A DNA stretch of 64,000 bases from an uncultured Prevotella sp. (GTDB lineage: Bacteria > Bacteroidota > Bacteroidia > Bacteroidales > Bacteroidaceae). The notes beneath the pieces were generated by a model. The model had not been told where the DNA came from. It ran no database searches and was given only the letters and a program-made list of their open reading frames with translations. The translations under genes were made by a program, and so were the position numbers. Location of the stretch: NCBI GenBank assembly GCA_905235835.1, contig CAJONQ010000028.1:10197-74196 (forward strand), given 5' to 3'. Positions 62,536-64,000 of the stretch are shown here, piece after piece (within the stretch, counting starts at the first letter, position 1; each line of letters starts with the position of its first letter).

Positions 62536-63936
62536 ATGATTACCAAGATTAAAAATATATTCCTTGCAGGTTTGGTGTTCTGCGGTGTTGCCGCAGTACT
62601 CACAGCCTGTTCCAAGGACAACACCAGTGACATGAAGGTCAGTGGCAGTTGTCTGGTGGAGGAACTGGTCCTCAATGGTGAATACAGGGCTACCGTCAAT
62701 CTGGAGAAACGACTGCTCAAGGTGAAGGTGCCTGTTGACTTCTCTGCCAAGGACAATATGGAGATTACAAGTCTGATACTGTCACCTGGCGCTACTTCCA
62801 ACTTCAAGGTGGGCGACCGTCTGAACCTCGACGGCTCCAAGAGTCTGCGCGTCATGAATGGCGACCTGCAGATGGAGTATCAGATATCTGTCCGCAACGA
62901 CGAGGCTGTCATGACATCGTTCATCTTAGAAGGTGTCAAGGGCGCTATCAACCAGGAGGATAAGAGCATCACGGTGTCCGTGACGGGCAACAGCGGTATC
63001 GACTTGTCAAACGCTACCTTCGAGACCGTATGCAGTGAAGACGCAGTGTGCAGTCCTGCCAGCGGTACGAAAGCCAACTTCGCCGAGCCGCTGGAGATCG
63101 TTGTCACCGACAATACGGCGACAAACACCTATACGGTATATGTGACGCTCATCCAGAACCCTGTAGCCATCTTCGTTGGCGAGGCAGAGAACGTGGAGAT
63201 GCTGAATCCTGAGGAGAAGGCGGCAGCTAAATGGCTCACCGGTAACATTCCTGGTGCGGCGTATGTGTCATGGGACGACATTGTCAGCGACAATATCTCG
63301 CTTGACGAGGTGAAGTTCGTCTTCTTCCACCGTCATTGCACACCCTATGGCACCTATAACGGCTTCGTGGATGCGGAGAAGAAGGCAATGACGGCACTCT
63401 CTAAGATGAAGGAGCTGAGAGACCGTGGTGTCGGCTTCGTGCTGCAGCGTTCGGCTGTCAACTATGCCATCGCTCTCGGTGCTATGCCTGAGGATGCTTA
63501 TCCTAACAACGTATGGGGTACGGACGGCGAAGGCTCTGACCTGATGGGTGCCGACCCATGGACCTACAGAGTCTTTGACATCGCTCATCCGCTGTGGAAG
63601 AGCCTGAAGAGGTCACCAGGACTGGGTGACGACCGTATCATCACCCTCGACGAGGGCTACACCATCTGTAACACCACGTCACAGTATGGATTCTGGGGCG
63701 ACTATCCTGACAAGGAGGCTGTGGAGGCAAAGACAGGCGGACGTGCCTTAGGTGGCGACGGCAACGTGTCATCATGGGAGCTGAAGGCGGCTAATGGCGA
63801 ATACGGTAAGGGAGGTATCATCTGTTTCGGCTCTGGTGTGCTCGACTGGAACTCACCGACTCCTTACACCTCTAACTACCATGACAACATGGGTACCATC
63901 ATGCTCAACGCTTACAATTACGTAGGAAAAGAATAG
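62536..63936 (+). CDS. PUL-encoded surface lipoprotein in the SusE/F position (possibly DUF5018/DUF4960-like)
   Basis: 466 aa. Lipobox LTACS. Third gene after susC/susD. The family guess is from memory only. Confidence 0.5.
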   Translation: MITKIKNIFLAGLVFCGVAAVLTACSKDNTSDMKVSGSCLVEELVLNGEYRATVNLEKRLLKVKVPVDFSAKDNMEITSLILSPGATSNFKVGDRLNLDGSKSLRVMNGDLQMEYQISVRNDEAVMTSFILEGVKGAINQEDKSITVSVTGNSGIDLSNATFETVCSEDAVCSPASGTKANFAEPLEIVVTDNTATNTYTVYVTLIQNPVAIFVGEAENVEMLNPEEKAAAKWLTGNIPGAAYVSWDDIVSDNISLDEVKFVFFHRHCTPYGTYNGFVDAEKKAMTALSKMKELRDRGVGFVLQRSAVNYAIALGAMPEDAYPNNVWGTDGEGSDLMGADPWTYRVFDIAHPLWKSLKRSPGLGDDRIITLDEGYTICNTTSQYGFWGDYPDKEAVEAKTGGRALGGDGNVSSWELKAANGEYGKGGIICFGSGVLDWNSPTPYTSNYHDNMGTIMLNAYNYVGKE

Positions 63937-63964
63937 TTTAGAAACTTAAGCAGAATAAGAAATT

Positions 63965-64000
63965 ATGAAAACCAAGATTTTCAATATCATCCTCGCTTGT
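63965..64000 (+). CDS. 5' end of another lipoprotein-like gene (truncated by the window)
   Basis: ATG 63965 reads MKTKIFNIILAC... Only 12 codons are visible. Confidence 0.35.
   Translation, partial: MKTKIFNIILAC

Overview
This window looks like a chromosomal segment of a Bacteroidota genome, most likely a Prevotella-type Bacteroidales. The evidence is TAnnTTTG -7 promoter boxes in front of most genes, a SusC/SusD pair, T9SS C-terminal sorting tails and many lipoprotein signals. Most of the content is housekeeping: mnmG, Bacteroides-type sdhCAB/frdCAB, murQ, msrA, bcp, a flavodiiron protein, ruvB, coaD, glutaminyl cyclase, the acpP-fabF-rnc operon, pdxB, rubredoxin, ychF, lgt, cobB, three tandem FKBP isomerases and ybeY. 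There is also a xylan-utilisation cluster (GPH symporter, esterase, GH10, GH43, ECF sigma) and the start of a SusC/SusD PUL headed by a PBP-TM-AraC regulator. I recognised no rRNA, tRNA, CRISPR array, transposase, integrase or phage genes. I do not see a clear-cut new multi-gene system. The observations most worth follow-up are: (1) the same TCTCCAC heptanucleotide tract embedded in-frame in two unrelated genes; (2) an AACTATG heptamer family that forms promoter-proximal repeats and brackets a four-helix-bundle gene remnant; (3) a 22-bp-periodic array of TTCCA/TGGAA palindromes; (4) a 179-bp element with 29-bp perfect terminal inverted repeats around a 42-bp AT palindrome; (5) a radical SAM/SPASM gene paired with a small coiled-coil lipoprotein; (6) a solitary RecB-nuclease plus SF1B-helicase protein; (7) a promoter-to-terminator candidate sRNA upstream of susC; (8) four apparent single-nucleotide frameshifts (GT9, FKBP lipoprotein, small secreted protein, PfkB kinase tail), which are either real pseudogenes or assembly indels. 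All family assignments come from motif recognition by eye and memory, not from searches.
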